DNA from: Candidatus Omnitrophota bacterium
GTDB taxonomy: Bacteria; Omnitrophota; Gorgyraeia; Zapsychrales; Fredricksoniimonadaceae
DNA: 64,000 nucleotides
Assembly (NCBI GenBank): GCA_044225175.1
Contig: JBGAJA010000002.1
Span: 82,917-146,916, forward strand
Direction: 5' to 3'
A program made the position numbers and the translations under genes. The notes beneath the pieces were generated by a model, which worked only from the letters and a program-made list of their open reading frames with translations, did no database searches and was not told the DNA's origin. This document shows positions 8,098-17,478 of this stretch, in pieces. Each line of letters begins with the position of its first letter. The stretch's first letter is position 1.

Positions 8098-11000
8098 TCA
8101 GATCTTAGCCAATTGCTCTTGTTCTCGTCCAGGATTTGTAGAATTATCCTTCAATCCTAACAGAGGTCTCATTTGCATAATGTTCAGCGGTGTTATCTGA
8201 ATGATCACAGGTTCAGCTGAGAATATGCCTTGAACTTTAATACGTGCAATCATGGCTGGATCGAAATTCACTTTAACCTCACCGTTAACATCTTTCATCA
8301 CACTCATGCCCATGTTGGCACTGTTTAAATCAATACCACCGGGAGAAGAACTGTGGGCTGAATCTGTGGTTAATCCTTTATTTATTGAGGCATCGGTGGA
8401 TCTAGCTCCTTGACCAGCAAAACTTTTGGACATGGCGAAATCGGAAAACCGTTCAACCATACTATCAATAGACTTACCATTCACATTTTTAATGGTATCT
8501 ATTTCATTTCGGAACCTATTGGCTAATTCGTAAGCTGTTAAATCAGTGGGGAAATTCCTTATATAACTTATTATTTTTCCATCCTCTTTTTTTTCTATAA
8601 TTAATTTTCTTTGATTACTTCCCAAATCTTCAGCTTTAACCATCCAACCTTTCTTAGAAAGCATATTTGCTGATACTCTAACTCTGACTACTTTTTTACT
8701 CCTAGCCCTCGCTGCATTAACAGCTGGCTTAGCTGCCATGGCGGAGTCATATGGTCGGGGGAAACGGTTGTTAACAAGATCACAAAGAGTAGTCACCGTC
8801 CATGGTTTATCAAAAATATTATCCCTCTCTTGATCTGAGAACTCCGTAATGGATAATTCTCTCTGTATTGTTGAAAACAACCCAAATTCTTTGTTATATC
8901 TATTTTTTCCTAAATTAACCGAAGGAGTATCGCTGTCCTTAAGGGAACCCTTTGCTAATCCAAATTGTCTTTCTATAATTTCAATAACTTTTTGTTTTCG
9001 TCCTTTGTTCTGAATGTCATATTTTATGAATCTAATCCATTTTCCTAGTTGATCTTGATTATACGATTGCACTCCAATACTATCTGTATTGTTTTCATCT
9101 GCCTTAAGTAGATGTCTTCCTTCAAAATATTCATTTTTTATTGCTTCATAAATTTCTTTGTCTTCTGGAAACAATCTTGACAAGACGAGAATTTCAACAA
9201 AATTAGTATTACGACTCGAATTTTCTAAAAAACTGCCATAAAACTCATCGATAAAACGGATAACACGATCATATTCAAATTCTTTCCCATTCTTAAACTT
9301 AATCTTCACCTCCATCGCTGCGTCGTTAGATGCGATGGCCGCATCGGAGAATTTCTTTGGCTGACTGGCTATCATGGCTAGATGAGGTAAGGCTGCTTTC
9401 ATATCATTAACTTTAGCGATCATTGCCTCGCTCACATCAGGTCTCCAGCGATCGTCTCTTGCAGTAGTATCAATATGATTAGGAAGAGAAGCGGCTAAAG
9501 CTGCCAATTTTGCAATTTCAAGCGGTGCAAATCTTTGGTCTATTCTCAAGGGAAGGTATCCTCTATCAGCACCAAAGCGCTCGGAGAAGTTTGATTCTAC
9601 AATCAACATCACCGTAGGGTTTTCATATGTATAAGCAAAAGGTTCCCATTGGTCTATTTCTTCTTTAAAACTGTCTGGCATAATTACAAAAAGAGTGGCT
9701 GGTTCATACGCAGATAAAGCCCGACGATAATAAAATCCTTTAGCAACGGTTTTTGTGATCGAGCCTCCTCTGACCGTCTGTTGTGCTGTTAATTGCAAAT
9801 TCAATTGATCTCTAAAAGAAACTGTTGCTTCTTGAGGTCCAAAAACTATTCTAAAGCCTCGTGGACTACCATCACTCCATATAAGATTCCCATGCTCATC
9901 TTGTGAATACCCTTGATTGGATTGGTTAAAATGCAACATCGCTGAGTCGGAAGATTTGACTGCTATGGCCCGTTGTGGATTAAAAGCACCATTAATATTT
10001 AAGGCTGTTGTGATACGTTGGAACGAAGAGCCTGTGGGGGTAGCCACAGTGGCTGCATCCATTAAATTGTGCGATACACTAAGCATTGCTTCATTAGGCC
10101 CTTGGTATCCCCCTGAGAAGTATTTTCGTGGAATTCTTTGACCCGTAAGCTTGCCCTGAGCGTCAGTCAAAGGGTCTTCTTTGATATAGTTGAATACACC
10201 CTTCTTATATGCCTGAAGATACTGCTGGTAGATTTGTTCTTTTACAGATGGATCAGAAAGGTTGACGCCTTTAATTGTATTTTTATTGGAATAGACCTGA
10301 TTAATAAGCGCTTCTTTAAGGTTCTTTTTGTACCATATAGCCAGAATCTGGGAATTGAAGATTTGGCGTAATGTGGCGAAGTTTTTGCCGGTGTTGACTT
10401 CTTTTTCGATTTCAGGAATGACGATGTCTCGAATGATTTGGCTGCTGATGACGTTGGGGGTATTTCCCTGGGTTGCTTTCACATTCAACGCTGTCTCGCT
10501 TGGCAACCTGCTTGGGGACACGTTCTGGTTGTTCTTGTTAGGAACATGTCCCCTGGTTGGCATTTGGTTTTTATCTCTGGCTAGATAATCTTCCTCCAAC
10601 ATCACCTTCAAATGCCCATCTACAACAAAGGCTGTTTGTCCATGTTCATATACACTGGCTTTATCGGCTAGAATCCACACCTTATTAAAGGTGTTAACTG
10701 GTATCTGAGCATTGGGACCGTAGATTGCTTGGGCTTTGGCATAGACTCTGTTCCAAAACTCTTTTCCTAGGTCTTTCTCTGGATAGATCAAAGATGCGGT
10801 TAACTGTTTGAGGATGTAGTCTTGGGCTAAAAGATCTCTGCCTAAGGCTGTTTGGCCTAAGGCTTCAGGAACTATACGGTCTTTTTCATAGGGGCTTAGG
10901 TTCACCCATAGGTCTTTCTCTGGAACGGTTAGGCAGGCGAAGAAATATTTAACCAAACGGTCGCCTTCTTGATGTAGAGACGCAAGATCTTGCGTCTCTA

Positions 11001-11235
11001 CAGATAGGCCGGAATTCCCGGTATCTACGATAAAATCAAATAAAAATGGATTATCTTTATGAACAGTTAAACCTTTGATTAAGGTTGGTTCAAAGGCTGG
11101 GCTTAAATTGACCATGGTTCCAGGAATAGGTAGAGACGCAAGATTTTGCGTCTCTACTGCATGTGATTTAGGAATAATAATTGATGTGCATGAAAAGGTA
11201 AGAATAACCAGGGAAGCAGTAACCTTCTTAAACAT
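8098..11235 (-). CDS. Large exported modular protein (1045 aa), paralog of 11671..17229
   Basis: Signal peptide. A ~340-aa N-terminal domain is shared with the neighbour (FDFxxDxG, KYF..LTVPExDLWVNLSPYEKDRI, NTFNKVWI, GKNFA, PRKYxSGG). C-terminal GGIDLNS. Confidence 0.8.
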   Translation of the reverse strand: MFKKVTASLVILTFSCTSIIIPKSHAVETQNLASLPIPGTMVNLSPAFEPTLIKGLTVHKDNPFLFDFIVDTGNSGLSVETQDLASLHQEGDRLVKYFFACLTVPEKDLWVNLSPYEKDRIVPEALGQTALGRDLLAQDYILKQLTASLIYPEKDLGKEFWNRVYAKAQAIYGPNAQIPVNTFNKVWILADKASVYEHGQTAFVVDGHLKVMLEEDYLARDKNQMPTRGHVPNKNNQNVSPSRLPSETALNVKATQGNTPNVISSQIIRDIVIPEIEKEVNTGKNFATLRQIFNSQILAIWYKKNLKEALINQVYSNKNTIKGVNLSDPSVKEQIYQQYLQAYKKGVFNYIKEDPLTDAQGKLTGQRIPRKYFSGGYQGPNEAMLSVSHNLMDAATVATPTGSSFQRITTALNINGAFNPQRAIAVKSSDSAMLHFNQSNQGYSQDEHGNLIWSDGSPRGFRIVFGPQEATVSFRDQLNLQLTAQQTVRGGSITKTVAKGFYYRRALSAYEPATLFVIMPDSFKEEIDQWEPFAYTYENPTVMLIVESNFSERFGADRGYLPLRIDQRFAPLEIAKLAALAASLPNHIDTTARDDRWRPDVSEAMIAKVNDMKAALPHLAMIASQPKKFSDAAIASNDAAMEVKIKFKNGKEFEYDRVIRFIDEFYGSFLENSSRNTNFVEILVLSRLFPEDKEIYEAIKNEYFEGRHLLKADENNTDSIGVQSYNQDQLGKWIRFIKYDIQNKGRKQKVIEIIERQFGLAKGSLKDSDTPSVNLGKNRYNKEFGLFSTIQRELSITEFSDQERDNIFDKPWTVTTLCDLVNNRFPRPYDSAMAAKPAVNAARARSKKVVRVRVSANMLSKKGWMVKAEDLGSNQRKLIIEKKEDGKIISYIRNFPTDLTAYELANRFRNEIDTIKNVNGKSIDSMVERFSDFAMSKSFAGQGARSTDASINKGLTTDSAHSSSPGGIDLNSANMGMSVMKDVNGEVKVNFDPAMIARIKVQGIFSAEPVIIQITPLNIMQMRPLLGLKDNSTNPGREQEQLAKI
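10974..11001. repeat. REP palindrome inside the CDS, in frame
   Basis: GTAGAGACGCAAGATCTTGCGTCTCTAC encodes VETQDLASL. Confidence 0.8.
11130..11157. repeat. REP palindrome inside the CDS, in frame
   Basis: GTAGAGACGCAAGATTTTGCGTCTCTAC encodes VETQNLASL; one mismatch to the 10974 copy. Confidence 0.8.
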
Positions 11236-11346
11236 GAAAACTCTCCAGATGATTCATTGAAATCCAACGATTATTAAGGGTAGCAGCTACGAGGCAAGGA
11301 TAACACACAAATCTTACTTGTCAAATTTAGCAATATGAAGGAAAAA

Positions 11347-11652
11347 TTACTCTGCTTTCTCAAATTCAAGCACAATTCCGCCTAAACGTGAGGCAATAAA
11401 GTTATAGAAGCCAGCAATCAAGCATCCTGTTAGGAAGCCTAATATTCCATTAATGATAGGCAACACTAGGATGGACCAAGCTCCCAGCCCCCACATTCCT
11501 GTCTCACCATTAACTAAAGATCCAAAAGTAACAATGATTCCAACCATTAAACCAACCAGTGTATGCAAAGCACTAAGGATGATCCCTAAGGATTTAAGGG
11601 AAATCTTCTTTAACTTGTAAATTATCGGTTCTCCTAAGACGGTATTCATCAT
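11347..11652 (-). CDS. Small membrane protein (two TM helices, DUF3566-like)
   Basis: LKKISLKSLG..two hydrophobic helices..YNFIASRLGGIVLE pattern; AAGGAG RBS. Confidence 0.7.
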   Translation of the reverse strand: MMNTVLGEPIIYKLKKISLKSLGIILSALHTLVGLMVGIIVTFGSLVNGETGMWGLGAWSILVLPIINGILGFLTGCLIAGFYNFIASRLGGIVLEFEKAE

Positions 11653-11670
11653 TAATCTCCTTAAAATTAG

Positions 11671-14600
11671 CTATTCCGCCAATAATGTGTGGATCATGCT
11701 TTGAGAAACAGGTACAACCATTACAACTTCAGGCGTTATTCCATAGATGGATTGTATTGAAAAAGGCTCTATGCTAGGTTGATTAGTCCCTTGCTCTTGA
11801 AGATCTAATAAATGACTGTCCATATCAATGCCCCCTTTAATCTCAGAGAGGCCTTTAACAGGATTTGCGGTCATCATAGCCTGGTCTGAAGGAGATTTTC
11901 CAATCTCTTCAACCTTTGCAACCGTTTGAGGGTCAATCCCAATAGGTGAACGGGTAGTGTGAACGGAAATACTAGGATATGTCCAGGCCCGGTTCCAAAG
12001 GTGAATATCTTGAGGCTTAATACTCATCTTAAAAAGACCCAAATTGATCGTGAACTCAGGAAATATGGAAATGGTACTGGCCTTTTTATACATGGCATTA
12101 AACATCACCTTGTAAGCCATTAAACGGCCCAAAGGATCAAAAGCAAGGTTATTCATTTTCTTAATCACCTCACTATCCGTCGCATTTAATATCTGGCCTT
12201 GAATGTTGATGTGGTGATCTGTAATATTTTTATCTGAAAAATCCTCTCGGCCGATCGTAGTCACCTCTGCACCAGATACCAAACGATTGCCAAAAATACC
12301 ATTTCTAACCGCCTTAGCCTGTCTCAGAGTGACTTTAACAGCCTCTTTGGCCATTTGATCAACAGGAAGAGCACTAATAAGTTGTAGACCTCTGACAATG
12401 CGATGCGTAAATCTGGCTCCCAAATGATCTTCGGGGTTTCCTCCATGAACATTCATCGTCATGGAACCAGGCGCACGGGCCCCCATTTTGCTGACAAACG
12501 CAGTACTAATCTGATGCACAAAAGGAAGGTCTCCAATGACCATACTAGGAGGCCCCATTCTCGCCCATCGAGGCCTGCCGGTAAAGGTACGATAAATAAG
12601 TGTCGTAATTAAAAAAGGCGCCCACACCGCAACCATAAAGTCTGCTGTGGTTGCCCAAAAACCACTCATACTGCGAAGCGCAGGACCAGGGGGACATCCT
12701 AACGCATTCATGGCTAAATGAACTGGAGCTCCCATATAAAAAATACTAGCGACAAATGCTCTGAAGATAAAATTAACTTTAGGGGTTTCCAATAAATGTC
12801 CCCCGAGATACTGTCCATGATTAATTAGTTCTTGATGAACCTTGCTCTTAATGTCCCTGCCTTGCTCATCAACTCCTGTTATTCTTTTGGAATCTTTGAT
12901 CATTCCCTGAATCATGTCCTCGAGCCTTTTGAGATCGCTTTCTTGAACTTGTAAACCCCAAGGATTGTGATGAGGAAAAACTTCTCTTAATCGTTTAACC
13001 AAATGCCGTGTTAATAAAATCTGCTCTGCAAATAAAAGAATGTCTGAAGTAGGAGCTGCTTCTGCTGGATAGTAATCTCCCGTCGTAAAAATACGCCTTG
13101 TAAAAGGAGCATCCGGAGTTAATCTTTGCCCTAAAGCCATGTTGATCATGGCATCCAGACGAGAGGTCATCACAAATGTGTTGCCTTGAGTAATCTTATT
13201 TAAAAGTCCTGCTAAGGCCATGCTTGGAAATGTAGATCCGGAAAGAGATATGATTAAGCCGATTGTCCTATTGTTTATTTTAGATAGAGGGTCACGCAAT
13301 TTTTTATTAGAAGAGTTGGTTTCAATAGGCATTTTGGGCATAAAAATATGCAGTAATTGCTTAAAATTTTCACCTAACCACAAAGATTTTTCATAACCAC
13401 TAATATCTAAAACGGTGTTGTTGGAATCGTCCTTATTATTTAGTGTTTTTTGTTTTTGACGCAAACTTGAGATAGAACGATCAAAGTTAGCTATTAAATC
13501 ATCTAGAATTATTTTAATCTGAAGTTCGGTAAAAACCTGAAGCTCATGGTCCATTTGTTCAGCATGCTTTATAAGATCTTCATCTTTGATCTGTCTTGAT
13601 AGCAGCTTCTTATTTAAATCTTCTGCATAAGAAATAATGAAATTACTCGCCTGACTTTCAATGATGGCCACGATCAATGAGTTTTCCCAAGAAATGGAAT
13701 CTTGGTGCAAAAATTTCTTTTGATCTTCTGAACAAACCACTTGGCCTGATTCACAATCCTGTAAAAATTTGTGGATTCGCCTGACTACATCTGCACGCAA
13801 CAAAGAATACGTGAGGCTGTGTTTCTTTAAGAAATCTTCCACGTAACGAGAGGATGCCATTTCAGCAAAGGCTTCTGCAGATTGATAGTCAAAAGACCGT
13901 GGATTTTCCCAGTCCTTAACTTTGGTAGAGATGGCGTTGGATGTTCTTTCTAAATCTTCATCGATAATGTTTTGAGGATCTTTATATTCAATAGGGGGCT
14001 TGTAGTATGGATTATCTTCATTTAAAGAATAAAGCCGTTGTGAAATTTGTTCTGGGGTCAGATCTTTATTGCCGGAAGAACGCACCCTCACATAAAAGGC
14101 CTTTGTCTTTGAAAAACCAATGTCTGCAACCTCATCCTTTCTGGGATCTAACATAAATAACTTCTCTAAAGAACCTTTACTGCCAAATTTTCCCAATAAA
14201 ACCAAAGGGTCTGAGGCAAAGCTCAAAAACTTCTTCATTACATTAAAGCCAAACGCCATGCCTTGGGATTTTGAAAAAAGAGTCACTCCGTCATTTTGTA
14301 AAGAAGTCCTGACAACTAGCCCATAAGATCCTTCAGCTCTTTCTTTAAAATCCAAAGTGGCTTGAAAACGATTGCCAATAAAAAACCTTTCAACGGCCAT
14401 GTCCACAAATCGAATTCTAGTCTCTTGGCTTTGATTCCACCGACGTAAAATTTCTCCAGCTGGGGTTTGTTTTGAACCCTCTGCTTCTAAGCGTTTCACT
14501 AACTTTTCTTTAAACGCATTGATCTTGTGGTATTGAAACTTCAAATCCGGCCATTGATTAGCCATGTCTTTGCTTACCCACAAATCTTTAAATTCTTTAT

Positions 14601-17217
14601 TAGCCCCCAGATCAGGTCGCGAGAGCCCTGGGGCATCTTGGATAAAGATTTCTTCGAAGAGTTGCGCCATAGCATCTTCTTCTTCGATGTTTAGAATATC
14701 CCCCAAGGCTTCATCTGCTGTTTTATGATTGACCATGACATGGGCGTATCGAATCGATCCCCGCCAGCTGCCTTGAGTTAAATGAAAATGGATTTCTGGA
14801 GCCGTAGGTGGTGAGTCGCCCTCAGGCATATAGTCATAGCGCCCCTGGGTGCCCCTTTCTGGATCAGGAGGAATCCATACATCTTTCTTCATATGAACGA
14901 CTTTGCCAAAGAACTCTCGAATCTCTGTAAGATCAAGCATTCTGTCATGCAAATAATAATAATCATTGTCTCCGTTATGAGAGGTAGTGACCAAAACTTC
15001 TTTCTTATGGACCACCAGTTTTCCATCGCTAATTGCCCATTGAAGTCTTTCTTCTTTAGGACCTAAGAAAGGATGTGAGGCCCTTTTGCTGACAGCCCCT
15101 CCCGTGGCAAAACGCACATGACCATTGACTCCATGAACCATGACTTCACTATCAGCTGAATGCTTTGCTCCCTTGATGTCTTGTCTGAATTCACTGAGCA
15201 AGGAGCTTACTAAATCACTGCCTGCACCTCGTTTACTTTTAACGACCTTGGTCAAATAAACATTGGCTTCTCCATTAGAACCATCAATCATCACCTGTCC
15301 GGCCGACTGACCGCCTCTCACAATCAGACGCCTCATAAGCCCATCTACTCCCTCCTGCACCCATTGGGGATAAAGCCCTTGATTGGATTCATCAACCCAG
15401 AACACTCCATAATTGCCGCATTCGAATTTATCTGAATCAACAGGGAGTTTTTTAATGTCGGATTTCCATGAGGCCTTGATGGCATTCCATCCTGACACAC
15501 CGATAGGGCCTAAAAGAGGTAAAACCCAGGAATGTTCAAGCCCAAGAAAATAAGCGCTAATAGCTGTAGCGACTGTGGTAAGCCACGTTGCAGCGAATCC
15601 TGTATAATGGATGGTTTTTTTCCTCCAACCTTCACTGGAAAAAAGAACATAAGGGTTTTCTTTAGGTATTTGCCTCCAGGGTAATATTATTTGCAACCAT
15701 TGATTGAGACTGAAATTTGCTTTCAAATTATTAACACTTAAAGCTTCTTTCGATCGATGAGGATGGAATACGGCAGAGGACACAGCATGACCACCGACCT
15801 CATGAACCCCTATATTTAAGGCATATAATGCGCGTGTAATAAATGGCAAGGCAACCGCAGTCGTTATTAAACTCACTGGGTCCCATCCAACTGTACTAGT
15901 TGCTATGACCATGCCGCTACTCCAGCCTAAAAAATCCATCGATCTTGAGTATGTGGTCGCGGACTTTTGAGCAAAGTCTCTTTCTTTTCCTCCGACCAAA
16001 CGAGGAATAGAATTTCTAACTTCTCCTTCTATTAGCTTGAATGGATGCTTATTCGTCAAAGTTCTTTGATCAGGAAAACGCACAATGGAACCATGTTCAT
16101 CTGTAGCATTCAAATCGATAGTGGCCATGGCCAAATCACTGCCTAAGTCCATCCCTTGAGAATTCTCTATTTCACTGTAAACATGTTTGGTTTGAAGGCC
16201 GAATCCTATAAAATCCATCCCTCCTGATGCATATTTACGAGGAATAACTGTTTGATTTGAAGAATCATAATCTTCACGGATATAGTTATAAACCAGCTTT
16301 TTATATGCCTTCAGGTACTGTAAGAAAATCTTTTCTTTAATGTTCTTATCTTGAGCATCCACCCCTGTGATTTTATTTTTTCCAACATACTCTTGAGATA
16401 ACACGCTGCTTTTTAAATGTTTCTTGTACCATGTTGCTAAAATCATGGCATTGAAGACTTGGCGAACGACCGCAAAATTCTTTCCCTCATTGATTTCCCG
16501 CCTTAGTTCAGGAAGAATAATTTCTCGGACGATTTGGGCGTATTTTTCCGTAGGGGCAGGCCCCTGCCCGATATTTTTATCCATCGACACATAATCGTAT
16601 TCCAACATCACATCCAATTTGCTATCCACAACAAAAGCACTATCTCCCTTCACATAAACCTTGGCTGTTTTAGGGACGATCCAAACTTTATTAAAGGTAT
16701 TAATAGAAACATTGGTTGTGCCATAGATTTCTTGAGCCTTTAGATATATTTTTTGCCAAAACTTTCGGCCTAATTCATTTTCGGGGTAACTTAAAGAAGC
16801 CATGATTTGTTTAAGTAGATAGTCTTGTTCTAAAAGACTTTTCCCCATTTCCGTTCTACCAAAGTATTCAGGTGCAATGCGGTCCTTTTCATAGGGCGAA
16901 AGATTGACCCATAGATCACTTTCGGGAACTGTTAAGCAAGTAAGGAAATATTTGGTGAGTGTGGTAATTGCATCTTTTAAAGCTTGCCCTCTAAGGCCAG
17001 AAGCTCCTTCATCAATTAAGAAATCAAAACGCAAAGCATTATTCGTGTTGGTCTTAATCCCTTTTAATACCAAGGGTTTAAAAGAGGGGCTTGTAGAAAT
17101 CATCATCCCAGGAACAGGAAGATGAGGCATAGATTGAGCATGAGCATCCGGTAAAGGACCTAAGGAAGTAAGAAAAAATGCAAGAATGAGGATCTGAATA
17201 AGAATTTTCTTGATCAT
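11671..17217 (-). CDS. Giant exported/membrane protein with an internal GlmS-like (class II GATase plus SIS) region
   Basis: Shared N-terminal domain and GGIDMDS C-terminus. Internal CGNYG, RGGQSAG, GHVRFATGG, SHPF, HNGD and ISLSGST motifs. Start at ATG 17217 or TTG 17229. Confidence 0.75.
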   Translation of the reverse strand: MIKKILIQILILAFFLTSLGPLPDAHAQSMPHLPVPGMMISTSPSFKPLVLKGIKTNTNNALRFDFLIDEGASGLRGQALKDAITTLTKYFLTCLTVPESDLWVNLSPYEKDRIAPEYFGRTEMGKSLLEQDYLLKQIMASLSYPENELGRKFWQKIYLKAQEIYGTTNVSINTFNKVWIVPKTAKVYVKGDSAFVVDSKLDVMLEYDYVSMDKNIGQGPAPTEKYAQIVREIILPELRREINEGKNFAVVRQVFNAMILATWYKKHLKSSVLSQEYVGKNKITGVDAQDKNIKEKIFLQYLKAYKKLVYNYIREDYDSSNQTVIPRKYASGGMDFIGFGLQTKHVYSEIENSQGMDLGSDLAMATIDLNATDEHGSIVRFPDQRTLTNKHPFKLIEGEVRNSIPRLVGGKERDFAQKSATTYSRSMDFLGWSSGMVIATSTVGWDPVSLITTAVALPFITRALYALNIGVHEVGGHAVSSAVFHPHRSKEALSVNNLKANFSLNQWLQIILPWRQIPKENPYVLFSSEGWRKKTIHYTGFAATWLTTVATAISAYFLGLEHSWVLPLLGPIGVSGWNAIKASWKSDIKKLPVDSDKFECGNYGVFWVDESNQGLYPQWVQEGVDGLMRRLIVRGGQSAGQVMIDGSNGEANVYLTKVVKSKRGAGSDLVSSLLSEFRQDIKGAKHSADSEVMVHGVNGHVRFATGGAVSKRASHPFLGPKEERLQWAISDGKLVVHKKEVLVTTSHNGDNDYYYLHDRMLDLTEIREFFGKVVHMKKDVWIPPDPERGTQGRYDYMPEGDSPPTAPEIHFHLTQGSWRGSIRYAHVMVNHKTADEALGDILNIEEEDAMAQLFEEIFIQDAPGLSRPDLGANKEFKDLWVSKDMANQWPDLKFQYHKINAFKEKLVKRLEAEGSKQTPAGEILRRWNQSQETRIRFVDMAVERFFIGNRFQATLDFKERAEGSYGLVVRTSLQNDGVTLFSKSQGMAFGFNVMKKFLSFASDPLVLLGKFGSKGSLEKLFMLDPRKDEVADIGFSKTKAFYVRVRSSGNKDLTPEQISQRLYSLNEDNPYYKPPIEYKDPQNIIDEDLERTSNAISTKVKDWENPRSFDYQSAEAFAEMASSRYVEDFLKKHSLTYSLLRADVVRRIHKFLQDCESGQVVCSEDQKKFLHQDSISWENSLIVAIIESQASNFIISYAEDLNKKLLSRQIKDEDLIKHAEQMDHELQVFTELQIKIILDDLIANFDRSISSLRQKQKTLNNKDDSNNTVLDISGYEKSLWLGENFKQLLHIFMPKMPIETNSSNKKLRDPLSKINNRTIGLIISLSGSTFPSMALAGLLNKITQGNTFVMTSRLDAMINMALGQRLTPDAPFTRRIFTTGDYYPAEAAPTSDILLFAEQILLTRHLVKRLREVFPHHNPWGLQVQESDLKRLEDMIQGMIKDSKRITGVDEQGRDIKSKVHQELINHGQYLGGHLLETPKVNFIFRAFVASIFYMGAPVHLAMNALGCPPGPALRSMSGFWATTADFMVAVWAPFLITTLIYRTFTGRPRWARMGPPSMVIGDLPFVHQISTAFVSKMGARAPGSMTMNVHGGNPEDHLGARFTHRIVRGLQLISALPVDQMAKEAVKVTLRQAKAVRNGIFGNRLVSGAEVTTIGREDFSDKNITDHHINIQGQILNATDSEVIKKMNNLAFDPLGRLMAYKVMFNAMYKKASTISIFPEFTINLGLFKMSIKPQDIHLWNRAWTYPSISVHTTRSPIGIDPQTVAKVEEIGKSPSDQAMMTANPVKGLSEIKGGIDMDSHLLDLQEQGTNQPSIEPFSIQSIYGITPEVVMVVPVSQSMIHTLLAE
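16550..16569. repeat. Short REP-like palindrome inside the CDS, in frame
   Basis: GTAGGGGCAGGCCCCTGCCC encodes GQGPAPT. Confidence 0.6.
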
Positions 17218-17260
17218 AATGGCTTTCAAATTCCGCCAAAGGCGGATCTGCCATAGGCAG

Positions 17261-17462
17261 AAAAAAAGCCCAACGCTCTTTTGATTTTCACCAAAAAGAA
17301 TTGGGCTTCAACGCCAATAAAAAACCCAATGTCCTCGTCTCGAGTCATTGGGCATCAGTGTCCTTGTCCTACAAGCAGTTATACCGACTTCCTTGCCGAA
17401 CTGCTTTTATTAAAATCTTGTTAAGACCGTGTTAAGCATACTATCTTTTTTTGCTTTGTCAA
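17261..17462 (-). promoter_or_regulatory. Promoter and tandem ANTAR-type attenuators upstream of the giant gene
   Basis: TTGACA(17462-17457)-16-TATGCT(17440-17435). Hairpins CGGC-AAGGAA-GTCG (17398-17385), GGAC-ACTGAT-GCCC (17363-17350, one mismatch) and GGC-GTTGAA-GCC (17315-17304). Terminators at 17354-17316 and 17308-17261. Confidence 0.78.
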
Positions 17463-17478
17463 GAATGCGGAGGAATGT

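Noticed and set aside
4151-17462. Leaders read as glutamine (glnA) riboswitches, T-boxes or sigma54 promoters
   Set aside because: I saw no convincing glnA-motif junction, T-box sequence or -24/-12 element. The hexaloop-terminator overlap and the adjacent ANTAR gene explain the leaders better. Not checked with Rfam.
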